Below, one piece after another: positions 18,520 through 27,936 of a stretch of 64,000 bases of DNA. The stretch is from Candidatus Latescibacterota bacterium. GTDB lineage: Bacteria; Latescibacterota; UBA2968. The stretch covers positions 5,920,001 to 5,984,000 of the forward strand of contig OZ242311.1 of assembly GCA_965207885.1 (NCBI GenBank), written 5' to 3'. The notes beneath the pieces are model-generated. The model was not told where the DNA came from, did no database searches, and saw nothing but the letters and a program-made list of their open reading frames with translations. The position numbers were made by a program, and so were the translations under genes. Within the stretch, counting starts at the first letter, position 1. The number at the start of each line of letters is the position of its first letter.

Positions 18520-20505
18520 TCAATACCATTTGTGAACGGTGTGTCCCTGGGGCATGAACCATATTGCATCTACGATGAGGCCCAGTGCGGTTGACAGAAC
18601 ATAAGCCACGAGCATGCCGATGAAAAACGGCTTTGAGCGGCGGTAAAAGGGTGCTCCGCCAATGCGCAATAATGTGAATTTGATGAGCCAGGCGACAAAG
18701 ATGGTGAAGCTGGTGAGGCGGGCGAGTCCGGTGCCCGATAGGGCGAGACCAATGGGGTGCAGGGGCCACCAGGTGAATTGGTATCGCAGGAATAACAGGG
18801 CGTACATGGCAAATGCGCCGATGAGAAAGAACCAGTAGTCGATCTCTTCCATCGGCTGTGGCGATATGATCGCGTTGACGGAATTTTGATATCCGCCTAT
18901 GCCCGCGCGAATGATGAGCCAGTTTGGCGAGAAATTGTATCCGCCAATGCGATAGCCCAGCCAGATTGTAAAGAGGGTGGATGAGACGATGCCGACCACA
19001 AAAGCCACGCAGAGGCCGCCGAAGAGGGGGCGTTTGTTGCCGGAGATGAAGTCGGACAGGCGGTTGAGGTGCGTGCCCACGGAAAAGGTAAATCCGCGGA
19101 AGTGATCGATGGCGACAGATGCCGGATAGATCATGGCATGAGACGCCGCTGGAATGGCGCGGGCACCGCCCAGAAGCGCGGTTGTCAGTGTCCAGGCTGT
19201 AGATGGTGCCTTGACGTAAATAAGTCCGGAATCGGCCAGGATTTTCGATACGGCACCATAGGACAAAAACATGAATGGCAACAGGATGGCGAGGACTTTC
19301 CACGCCATGCCCGCTGCGGATAACCAGACCAGTGCGTAGGCGACTGAAGCGGCGAGATAGCAGAAGGCTGCGCGATAGGATATGAGTTCTCGGCTGTCGT
19401 CTATGTGCTCGCTTTTTGGATGGAGCGCTTTTTGAAATGCCTCTTTCAGATGCGCCCGTGCTATCCACACCCACCACAGAGATAGGGCGACAAATGCGCC
19501 CGTTGTTTGCCAGAGGTAGCGTTTGGAGGCGTAGTAGCGGTTAAAGGCTGTTATGCCCAGTTGGTCGAGGATGCCGGATTCTACGATGAATATGAGATCA
19601 AAGAGCCACATGCTGAACAATAATTCCAGGCTCGCAAAATACGAAAAGCATATTCCCACGGTGCTTATGAATACCCACTGCGGCGGAAAGTTCCTGCCAA
19701 TGGGCACCCAGGTGCCGGCGGCGGTTGGAAATTTTGGCAGCGCGGGATGAAACCACGCGATGATGTTCCAGACGAATATCACGCCCACCACGCCAAATCC
19801 AGTCCAGAACATTCGTCCCTGCATAAACTCGGGCAAATAGGTCCGTCCCGTGCCCGGCTGTGTGGTCAGTTCGACGATGGGTTCCATGGCGGGATAGACC
19901 AGTTTTTCGTATTCCGCCCATTGTTTGCGCATGATGACCGAGGCACAAAAACAGGCGAGTGCTATGGCACATACAAAGGTGAACCACCAGAAGAGGGGAC
20001 CGAGCCAGGCGGTCCAGGGTACGGGTGCGCCAGCGGGCAAGCCATCGTAGAACCAGTTCATTGCGCCGTCGCGATTGGACGGTATGATCCATTCGGGCAG
20101 GTGCGGGTGTAAAAACTCTGCCCACCGGTTTTCGGGCGAGGAAAAATAGTAGGGAGTTACGATGACGCCGACCAGATATCCGCTTACGCCATAGGTGGGA
20201 CCGAGCGAACAGATAAAGCCCATTGAAAAGATCGCGAGCCATTCGCTCGGGGAAAAGGCAAAGCGTTTGCCAAAGTACCGCGCGAGCACACTGCAGACGA
20301 TCAAACACAGCAGTGTGAGCATCAGATTGCCCATGGGCATGTGGCTGTATGCCATGAAGGAGCTGTGCATGATATATCGCGCGACTGTCGCCAGTGCGTT
20401 GATTGTAACAACCAGCACAAGCCCAAAGATTAGCGATCGGACTGTAACACCTTTGTTCGCAGGATCTGGCGAATCTGCGATTGGATATGTTTGTTGTGCG
20501 GTCAT
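18520..20505 (-). CDS. DUF6785/DUF6784 family polytopic membrane protein (OPT-like putative transporter)
   Basis: VTVRSLIFGL, PENRW, RKQWAEYEKLVYP, WWPLHPIG, PFFIG; many TM segments; start MTAQQ. Confidence 0.8.
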   Translation of the reverse strand: MTAQQTYPIADSPDPANKGVTVRSLIFGLVLVVTINALATVARYIMHSSFMAYSHMPMGNLMLTLLCLIVCSVLARYFGKRFAFSPSEWLAIFSMGFICSLGPTYGVSGYLVGVIVTPYYFSSPENRWAEFLHPHLPEWIIPSNRDGAMNWFYDGLPAGAPVPWTAWLGPLFWWFTFVCAIALACFCASVIMRKQWAEYEKLVYPAMEPIVELTTQPGTGRTYLPEFMQGRMFWTGFGVVGVIFVWNIIAWFHPALPKFPTAAGTWVPIGRNFPPQWVFISTVGICFSYFASLELLFSMWLFDLIFIVESGILDQLGITAFNRYYASKRYLWQTTGAFVALSLWWVWIARAHLKEAFQKALHPKSEHIDDSRELISYRAAFCYLAASVAYALVWLSAAGMAWKVLAILLPFMFLSYGAVSKILADSGLIYVKAPSTAWTLTTALLGGARAIPAASHAMIYPASVAIDHFRGFTFSVGTHLNRLSDFISGNKRPLFGGLCVAFVVGIVSSTLFTIWLGYRIGGYNFSPNWLIIRAGIGGYQNSVNAIISPQPMEEIDYWFFLIGAFAMYALLFLRYQFTWWPLHPIGLALSGTGLARLTSFTIFVAWLIKFTLLRIGGAPFYRRSKPFFIGMLVAYVLSTALGLIVDAIWFMPQGHTVHKWY

Positions 20506-20514
20506 AAAAGGAGG

Positions 20515-20674
20515 GTGAGAAGTGAGACGTAAGACGTGAGAAGCGATGGTCTTCAGTAACAAAGCCGTCATCGCGGTATGGTGTTGAGCCGCGATCCAGA
20601 GGGGTGGTGTAGGGGGGCGTCTTATCCCGTATAAAAGCACTACGGGACAGGCTCTTTTACGTCTTACCTCTTAC
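20515..20674. repeat. Composite intergenic element: inverted 7-mer tandem arms enclosing 33-bp palindrome copy 3 (20567-20599) and second-family palindrome (20627-20656)
   Basis: GTGAGAA/GTGAGAC/GTAAGAC left arm ... TTTTACGTCTTACCTCTTAC right arm. Confidence 0.8.
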
Positions 20675-23006
20675 TAATTCGGAATATGCCTTCCCGAGTA
20701 GCGGTCTGGGCGCTGTTGAGGTCTTTTACTGTCATGAGCAAGCGATACCGCCCGGGTTCAACGCGGCCGATGTCCAGTTCGACGTAGTCGGCGATCCAGA
20801 GTTCGCGGCCCGTTTGTTCGTATTGTACGGTGATGAGTTCCCCGTCTCTTCGCCTTATTCTGGGTTGCGAGGCGAGTTCGCGGCCCTTTTCCGGTGCTAC
20901 GGCAAAGGCGACTTCGTAGCGCGTTTGCCCAAAGGTGTCTCGCGTCAGGTTGTAAATTTCAAAATAGACGAAGATGGGCGTGCCCGGGAAAAAGGTGCGG
21001 GACGGCGATGTGGTGATGCGCCATTTGTCGCGCGCAGTCAAGGTGTCGGTCTGGTTCTGGGGTACGGAAGTCGGTTCTTCAATATGCTGTGCGATTTGTA
21101 GATCGCTGAGCATCAAGCTGTCACCGGAAAAGTCGTGCAGGCGGACTTTTTCCCGATAATTGCCCAGGCGGTTGGTGTGAATTCGCCACATTTGTACGGC
21201 GAGGTCGTATTCGCCGGGGGATAGGGGGATGTCGATGCGGTCTCTGGCGATCAGGCTTTTTCCGCGGAGTCCGGGGGGAAGGGGTATGGCGACATCTTCC
21301 CGCAGGCGTTTTGCTTCGCGATTCTGATCATCTACGAGGGCGATGCGACGTTCGACTACGACTGTGGTGTCCGGGTCGGTGGATATCGCCACTTCGTCTA
21401 TTGGGAGGCCGATGTTGATCTGGAGGTCTGTTTTGCCATTTTTCCCGCGGAACGACAGGGCCTCGTAATAGAAATTGAGGGGATCGAGGTCGGATGTGTC
21501 GTAGCGTTCGGGTTTTTTGGCCGCTGCTGCTGCGACTTGCGATGCGGGCGAGAAGTCGTTCATGAGTCGGAGGAATCTGAGTGGGGACCCGCGGGAAGCG
21601 ACGTCATAAGCGTCTTCTCTGTCGATGGTTGGGACGGGTGCGTAGTTGTAGATATTGGTGTGCATTTCGTCGGTGAATACGACTTCTATCCCGTGGTTGA
21701 TGTCGGGATAGATCCACACTTCCCAGGGTACGCTGGAGAAATCGTTTCCGGCTGTGACGGGTTTCCACCCGCGCAAGCCAAGGGTGCCGTCGTCTTCTTC
21801 GAGCGGGAGATTGCTTTCGACATTTCGAAGCGCGATGCGGATGGGGAATACGGGTCCGGTGTAGGTCGCGGTTGTGCCGGGGCGACCGTAGAGTTGAAAT
21901 GCCAGTTTTTCCTGTATGCGTTGCACGGGGATCGGTATGCTGGCGTTTGGTTCACGCCAGGTGGAGCGGTAGTCCGGTTCGCCGTATCGGATATAGATTT
22001 CGCCCCGCTGGTCAAAGGGGTATTTGTAACGCCCGAAGAAGGTTCGCGCATGCCAGACGCGGCGGTAGTGTTCTGCGCGTCTCTGGCTTCCTCCGGTTGT
22101 GCCAAAGGGGTCTTTGCGGATCCAGAAGGCGTTCAGAAAGGCATCTACATCTTCGTCTGAGATCGCGCGATACGATGCGATTTCTTCCGGGGTGGCGATC
22201 AGGGATATATCTTCATAGATTGCTTTTTCCTGTGGCGACAGCATTTCCAGATATTTTTGAAATACGGATAGGGCGTCTTCATAACGCCGCGAGGCCAGTA
22301 GCACTTGCGCCAATAGCGGAAGTCTTCGCGCATCGGCCATGTGCGCGGCGATTTGAGTCACGATGTTGTAGCGTTTTTCGGTCAAGAATTCAAGGGCAAA
22401 TTCAAGTGCGGGCGTTTCGTCTTGTGCGCCGTGAGACAGGTAGGTGTTGTAGTGGGATAGTGCCCGGAAGGTGTCGCCTTTTTTGCGATAAAGACGCGCC
22501 AGCAGCAGGTGGGCGGGACCATAGCGGGGGTTGATTTGCAGTGCTTTGTCGGCCGCTTGCAGGGCGTCTTTTTCTTTCCCGCGCGCCAGATAGATTCTGC
22601 CGAGGACTTCGTGGCTTTCAGCGCGGTTGGAGTCGGCCTGTATCGCCTTTTCGAGGTGGGAGGTCGCGCGTTTGAGTTTGTTGCGATATTCCAGAAGTAC
22701 GCGTCCCATTCCCAGGTGGCTCTCTCCCTGGTGCGGGTCGTTTTTCAGGGCGCGAACAAATGCGGCTTCTGCGCTGTCGGGCAGTTGGAGTCGGAGATAG
22801 AGATGGCCGATACGGGCGAGTAGCAGGGTGGAGTCCGCAGAACTCGGCACGGCATGGTTCAGTGTTTTGAGTGCTTCTCTGATCAGGGTTTTTCGTCCGA
22901 GTGCCTGGGCTTTGAGATATACGGCGTCCAGGTCCGTGTCTTCGGCGGCGGCATGTCCGATAAAGCAGAAAAGTAAAAGAAAATATGTCCAATGGCGAAT
23001 ATTCAT
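20664..23006 (-). CDS. Exported TPR + GWxTD-domain protein
   Basis: Signal peptide, TPRs, FWIRKDP...EHYRRVWHA..FF..PFDQRGEIYIRYGEPD, WEVWIY, SDLQIA, YFEIYNL. Confidence 0.85.
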   Translation of the reverse strand: MNIRHWTYFLLLFCFIGHAAAEDTDLDAVYLKAQALGRKTLIREALKTLNHAVPSSADSTLLLARIGHLYLRLQLPDSAEAAFVRALKNDPHQGESHLGMGRVLLEYRNKLKRATSHLEKAIQADSNRAESHEVLGRIYLARGKEKDALQAADKALQINPRYGPAHLLLARLYRKKGDTFRALSHYNTYLSHGAQDETPALEFALEFLTEKRYNIVTQIAAHMADARRLPLLAQVLLASRRYEDALSVFQKYLEMLSPQEKAIYEDISLIATPEEIASYRAISDEDVDAFLNAFWIRKDPFGTTGGSQRRAEHYRRVWHARTFFGRYKYPFDQRGEIYIRYGEPDYRSTWREPNASIPIPVQRIQEKLAFQLYGRPGTTATYTGPVFPIRIALRNVESNLPLEEDDGTLGLRGWKPVTAGNDFSSVPWEVWIYPDINHGIEVVFTDEMHTNIYNYAPVPTIDREDAYDVASRGSPLRFLRLMNDFSPASQVAAAAAKKPERYDTSDLDPLNFYYEALSFRGKNGKTDLQINIGLPIDEVAISTDPDTTVVVERRIALVDDQNREAKRLREDVAIPLPPGLRGKSLIARDRIDIPLSPGEYDLAVQMWRIHTNRLGNYREKVRLHDFSGDSLMLSDLQIAQHIEEPTSVPQNQTDTLTARDKWRITTSPSRTFFPGTPIFVYFEIYNLTRDTFGQTRYEVAFAVAPEKGRELASQPRIRRRDGELITVQYEQTGRELWIADYVELDIGRVEPGRYRLLMTVKDLNSAQTATREGIFRISKR

Positions 23007-23013
23007 AAGTATC

Positions 23014-26000
23014 TCATTGCGCTACCACAAAGAGGGCATTTTTAGAGGCGGTCTGTTCGCTGTTCAAATCGGTTATCACGACTTCCAGTGCGTAGCGTCC
23101 CGGTTCGCGGTCGCCCAATTCCAATTCTGTATAGACGGTTTCCAGGTTCATTGTTCCGACCTGTTCATATCCCAGTAACACTTTTTCTCGTTTGCCGCCG
23201 AGCGTTCTCACCAGGCGAGATACGGCACCGCCCACGCCTTTGCCTTTTGGGGCGATCGTGTATTCTACCTGGTATCTGGTCTGACCGAATTCATCGCGTT
23301 TTAGATTGTAGATTTCGTAATAGACAAAGATGCTCTGTCCTTTTGGGTAAGTTCGCGTGGGCATGGGCACGACGTGCAACTCGCCTTTGCGGAATTTGTC
23401 CTGGGGGCCGCCCTCTGCGACGCGCCAGGCCAGTTCCAGGTCGCTCACTTTCATTGAGCGGGTCTGATATTTCTCCAGTTCGATTATCTGGCGATACCGC
23501 CCCTGCCGCCCAGACAGGCGGTCCAGCAGATGTACTTCCAGCTTGTAATATCCCGGCGGGGCGTCCAGGCGCACGACATCGGGGATAAAGGCGCCCTGTA
23601 TGCCGGTTTGATCGCCTGCATTGCGATATCGCACATCGCCTGTGCGTCGATACACATCGCCGGTTTGTTCGTTTAAGAGGGATACGGTTCGCTCTACGAC
23701 CATCTCGGTGGTATTGTTTTCGGCGAAGTACCGCCCCAGTGTCTGCGGGATTCCGGTATAGACTTCCAGCGCGCTTACGTCATTTTGGAGGCTCTGAAAA
23801 TCCGCGAGGTCGTAATAGAATTCCAGGGGACGGGTGTTTTCCGGGGTTGCGTAATAATCCGGCGTTACCCGAGCGGCAAATTCGGTGACTCTGCGGGGAT
23901 TGTACCGGTTGAGTAGAGCCAGTGTGCGGATGGGGATGTTGGGATCCAGAGGCGCGGGCGCGTAGTCGAAACTGCCGGTCATTGCTTCGTCGGTGAAGGT
24001 TATTTCGATGCCCCCGTTCACATCGGTATAGATCCAGGTCTCCCACCGCACCATAGAGGCGTCTTCCGGAACGGAGACCGCGTTGAAATCCGGCTGGAGA
24101 TTAAAAAATTCACTGCCCATATTCCCGGCGTTGACGACTGTATTCGCCCGCCGTTCGTAAGTGCTGATGTCTTCTCCGGTCTGGTCATCGGCTGTTGCCT
24201 GTGCCGAACGCACGGTGCGCTGTTCTTCGCCTCCCGACTCGAGTCCCTGTCGCTCCCGTTCCTGTGATTGTTCGATGGCCTGCTGCATGGATGCGTCCTC
24301 GCGTTGCATACTGATTGGGGTTGCACCACTTAGTCTGGTTTGAAGTCCTCGCACGGGATATACCGGGCCAAAATAAGTCTGTTGTGCGGCTTCGCCACCA
24401 AATAGCGTTTGGGCAACGCGCTCTTTTACCCGCTGTACTGATAGGCTTTGTTGCAAGTTTAACATGTTGGATCGCGACCGATAGTCAGGCTCTCCGAAGC
24501 GGATATAGACCTCGCCGCGCCGGTCAAAGGGCTTTTTCCCTTCTGAGAAATTTGTCAGGGCATACCATACCCGTCTGTAGTGCTCCAGTTTGCGTTCGTT
24601 GGTCGCGGTGATCAAATTTGGATCTTTTAGTGCCCAGAACTGTCGCAAATATGACGAACGCGCCGCGTCTGTGTCGAGGCTGTTGTATTCTTCGAGTTCT
24701 TCGACGGATGCGAGGAATCGGATGTCTTCGTATAGTGCGCGGTGTTGCGGATCCAGGTACGCCACATAGCGGGAAAAATAGGTTTGTGCCCAGTTCGGAC
24801 GCTTCAGTTCGAGACACGCCTGCGCCAGGATGGGCAGGGATGTTATTTCTTCGGGGTACTCGCGGATGTGATCTTCCAGCAATTGGACGATGCGGTCGAA
24901 GTTTTTGCTTCGCAAATAGGCTCTTGAGAGCAACTCTCTGCCTTCCGGGTCTTCGGGCGCGAGTGTTATATAGCGGGCATAGGCCATGGCCGCCTGTTCG
25001 TAGTCTTCTTCCTGTTCTTCCCACCATTTGCCCAGCAGTTTGTAGGTCGGCGCGTAGGTCGGGTCCAGTGCGATGACGTGGTCGAGGTCGCGTTTGGTGT
25101 CGTACTCTTTGAGCTTATATCGCGTCTGCGCCATGTTAAAGCGGGCATCGCGGTGAATATTGTATAGCTGCGATAGCCGTTCATCTGGAGGCCACTGCAA
25201 GGCTCTTCTGAAATAGCGGATGGCATTGTACAGGCCTTTAGGGCGATTTTGGAAGACGAGCCCCAGTCCGTTGTACGCCTCGGACAAGCGGTGGTCGAGG
25301 TCAATGGCGCGCTCAAAAGCGTTTCGCGCGCGGTCGTAATTCTCTACCTCTAAATAGGCATAGCCCAGGAGGCAATGTCCGAGTTTCAGATCGGGCGCGA
25401 CGTGGGTGAGTGCGGTGAGTATTGGTACGGCGAGGGTGTCGTTTTGCGATAGGAGGGTTTTGCCCATTTCTACGAGTGAATCTATTTGTGTTTTTCCAAT
25501 GGGACGGTCCTGTACGCGATAGTTTTCGGTGTGTCGAACCAGTTCTACGAGGCGACCGGGGTAGAAATAGCTCACGACAATGGCTTCACCTGTAGCGGCG
25601 TTGGGTCTGTAGAAATAGCTGATGGGCCGCGTGTTGTCCCGATCTGCGGGTGCGCGAAACAGGCGGGCAATGGTCCCGGGATCTGCCCGGGATTGATCAA
25701 CAGTCCATTTTTGAAGCGCGGACAGTTGGTCGGGCATTTTCCCGCGATGGTCGCGGCGATATGCGGTTAGTAGTCTGGAGATTGCGGTGAGGTGGTCGCG
25801 GCAAACCCAGCGGGATCCATTTTTTCGAATTTCTTGCGCGGCGCTTTGAAATGCGTGCACGTAGTCCTGCATGGGGGATTTGGATAGGCCGCTTTTCGCG
25901 GATTGTCTGGCCAGTGTTTCAAAATGGCGCGCTGCCTGGTTGTAATAAGCGGCGGCTTGTTTGAACTCCCAGCGCGAGAGGCTCAGTTGCGCCAGGCGCA

Positions 26001-26514
26001 CGGCGTTGAAACCCGATGTCAGGGTGGGTAGGTCGTTTTTGCCAATAGCGGGGGCGGTCGGTTTTAATCCTTTTATCGCTTTTTCAGTGGTCCAGATAAT
26101 GGATTCCAGGTCCGGATCATCTATTATGAGGATATCGCGTCCCGATGACGTCAGTTCCCAGTATCGGGATGGGGCAAGGGAGATGGTGTGTCCCCGATGC
26201 AAGATGTCGCCAGGTGCGGGCAATAATAGGGGGATGGATTGGTAGATGATGGTTCCGGTTTCAGTTTTTCCCAGTTGACCTGGTCGCCCGGGGAAAATAC
26301 CGAGACACTGTTCCCGTTCCGCACCGTCGGTCCACAGCTCTGTCAGTGCGATGCCGCTCAGCTCTCGAGAGTAGGTCCACACCTGACTGGTCGCTCCAGT
26401 GCGGAGGATTAAGTCCTCCTGGGCGTCTGCGGTGCTCCAGAGCGCGATAGCCATGAGCAATGCGTATCTGAATGTTGGGGAAGTGAACACGGTATGTTTC
26501 CTCAAGGGGTACAC
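23014..26514 (-). CDS. Exported TPR + GWxTD-domain protein with an extra N-terminal module
   Basis: FWALKDP...NERKLEHYRRVWYA...PFDRRGEVYIRFGEPD, WETWIY, SDLELA, YYEIYNL. Confidence 0.85.
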   Translation of the reverse strand: MYPLRKHTVFTSPTFRYALLMAIALWSTADAQEDLILRTGATSQVWTYSRELSGIALTELWTDGAEREQCLGIFPGRPGQLGKTETGTIIYQSIPLLLPAPGDILHRGHTISLAPSRYWELTSSGRDILIIDDPDLESIIWTTEKAIKGLKPTAPAIGKNDLPTLTSGFNAVRLAQLSLSRWEFKQAAAYYNQAARHFETLARQSAKSGLSKSPMQDYVHAFQSAAQEIRKNGSRWVCRDHLTAISRLLTAYRRDHRGKMPDQLSALQKWTVDQSRADPGTIARLFRAPADRDNTRPISYFYRPNAATGEAIVVSYFYPGRLVELVRHTENYRVQDRPIGKTQIDSLVEMGKTLLSQNDTLAVPILTALTHVAPDLKLGHCLLGYAYLEVENYDRARNAFERAIDLDHRLSEAYNGLGLVFQNRPKGLYNAIRYFRRALQWPPDERLSQLYNIHRDARFNMAQTRYKLKEYDTKRDLDHVIALDPTYAPTYKLLGKWWEEQEEDYEQAAMAYARYITLAPEDPEGRELLSRAYLRSKNFDRIVQLLEDHIREYPEEITSLPILAQACLELKRPNWAQTYFSRYVAYLDPQHRALYEDIRFLASVEELEEYNSLDTDAARSSYLRQFWALKDPNLITATNERKLEHYRRVWYALTNFSEGKKPFDRRGEVYIRFGEPDYRSRSNMLNLQQSLSVQRVKERVAQTLFGGEAAQQTYFGPVYPVRGLQTRLSGATPISMQREDASMQQAIEQSQERERQGLESGGEEQRTVRSAQATADDQTGEDISTYERRANTVVNAGNMGSEFFNLQPDFNAVSVPEDASMVRWETWIYTDVNGGIEITFTDEAMTGSFDYAPAPLDPNIPIRTLALLNRYNPRRVTEFAARVTPDYYATPENTRPLEFYYDLADFQSLQNDVSALEVYTGIPQTLGRYFAENNTTEMVVERTVSLLNEQTGDVYRRTGDVRYRNAGDQTGIQGAFIPDVVRLDAPPGYYKLEVHLLDRLSGRQGRYRQIIELEKYQTRSMKVSDLELAWRVAEGGPQDKFRKGELHVVPMPTRTYPKGQSIFVYYEIYNLKRDEFGQTRYQVEYTIAPKGKGVGGAVSRLVRTLGGKREKVLLGYEQVGTMNLETVYTELELGDREPGRYALEVVITDLNSEQTASKNALFVVAQ

Positions 26515-26517
26515 CGT

Positions 26518-27936
26518 TCAATGCAGTTTGCGAAAAGCAGTCCAGCATACGCGCAATAGCAAAAAGCCGTGCCGAAAGCGGTGGATCTGCGTGGTTCCGT
26601 ACACCCGATCCCGATAGCGCACCGGTACTTCTGCGATTTTGCGGACCAGTTTGGACGCGCCGAGGAGGAGGTCGAAGTCGCCAAAGGGGTCAAAATCGCA
26701 TACGTCTCGACGCGCTCTGGCCAATTTTTTGTAGTCCAGGGCGAACAGGACTTTGGTGCCGCACAGGGTATCTATAATGCGTTGCCCCAATAGGCAGCTC
26801 AATACCCAGCCGAAGAACCGGTTGCCCAGAAGGTTCAGGAATCGCATGGCTTGTTGTTCCATGGGATACACGAGGCGAGATCCCACGGCGAGTTCGGCGC
26901 GGCCAGATACGAGGGCGTCGAAGAATTTGGGCAAGTCTTCTGGGGCGACGGTTAAATCGCCGTCCAGGATCATCAATATATCGCCTCTGGCTGCGTCAAA
27001 TCCCCGTCGTACGGCGTCTCCTTTGCCGGTTCCCGTTTGTCGGATCAGGCGGATGTCTGTTCCCCTATATACCGCTATGCATCGCTCGACTTCTTCGGCT
27101 GTGCCGTCTGTTGAATGTCCCACGACAAAGATTAGTTCTGTATGCGCTCCCATCACAGGTGTGCGCGCTATTGCGGCTTCTACTGTGCCGCGCTCGTTTT
27201 TGCAGGGTATTATTACCGAGCAAGAGACTGAGGATGCTTCCCGCGCAGGGAAGACGGGACGCGCGACGAGTGTTTGTATGAGACACAGGCGTCTCAGTCC
27301 CGGCACTCTCGACAGGAAGCGATTTGCAAGATAGGCGAGTAGCGGTACGCGGCGGGGCAAGAGCAGGCGGCTTTCTCGTCGTATTTCTTCAAAGTTTGAT
27401 AGATAAAGTAAATTCTGAATGTCCCGGTGTGTCAACCAGTTTTGTACGGGTTCGGGCATTTTTAAGCGAAATATTTCCGCGGTTTTTAGTACGGGTTTCC
27501 ACAGGGGATTGTAGTGCGTGATCAGGACGCGGGAGTTGGGTAGTACGACTTTCCACAATTCGCTGAATACGCGCTGGATGTCCGGCAGGAAACCCAGCAG
27601 GTCCGATAGGATGATCCACTCGAATCGCTCTCCTTCGGGTAAATTCTCGGCGCGCCCCACGCGAAATTCGAGGTGGGGATATTTTTTGCGTGCGCGTTTT
27701 ATCATTGCTTCGCTGAAGTCAATGCCGAGTCCCCGCCCCGGTTTTAAGCCCGCGAGCAGGTCGCCGGTGCCGCATCCTATGATCAGGACGGACGATCCTT
27801 CGGGTATCGCGCAACGGCAAAATCGCAGGACTTCCTGGTGATAGGTGCGGTTGCGCCTGCGCCAATGGTCCCGGTTATCGGCGGCTTCGTCGAAAGCTTT
27901 CCGAATGACACGGCTATCGGGAAGGGGGGGTTTCAT
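26518..27936 (-). CDS. SAM-dependent methyltransferase / GT2 glycosyltransferase fusion (polyprenol-P-sugar synthase-like)
   Basis: VLIIGCGTG, GIDFS; SVIIPCKNE, GKGDAVR.G, ILDGD, DTLCGTK. Confidence 0.9.
   Translation of the reverse strand: MKPPLPDSRVIRKAFDEAADNRDHWRRRNRTYHQEVLRFCRCAIPEGSSVLIIGCGTGDLLAGLKPGRGLGIDFSEAMIKRARKKYPHLEFRVGRAENLPEGERFEWIILSDLLGFLPDIQRVFSELWKVVLPNSRVLITHYNPLWKPVLKTAEIFRLKMPEPVQNWLTHRDIQNLLYLSNFEEIRRESRLLLPRRVPLLAYLANRFLSRVPGLRRLCLIQTLVARPVFPAREASSVSCSVIIPCKNERGTVEAAIARTPVMGAHTELIFVVGHSTDGTAEEVERCIAVYRGTDIRLIRQTGTGKGDAVRRGFDAARGDILMILDGDLTVAPEDLPKFFDALVSGRAELAVGSRLVYPMEQQAMRFLNLLGNRFFGWVLSCLLGQRIIDTLCGTKVLFALDYKKLARARRDVCDFDPFGDFDLLLGASKLVRKIAEVPVRYRDRVYGTTQIHRFRHGFLLLRVCWTAFRKLH

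Noticed and set aside
18356-19477. 373-aa alternative-frame ORF overlapping DUF6785
   Set aside because: Arg/His-rich off-frame reading with no domain features
20506-20640. N-terminal extension of the 706-aa ORF
   Set aside because: Runs through intergenic repeats; the paralog supports a start at 20505
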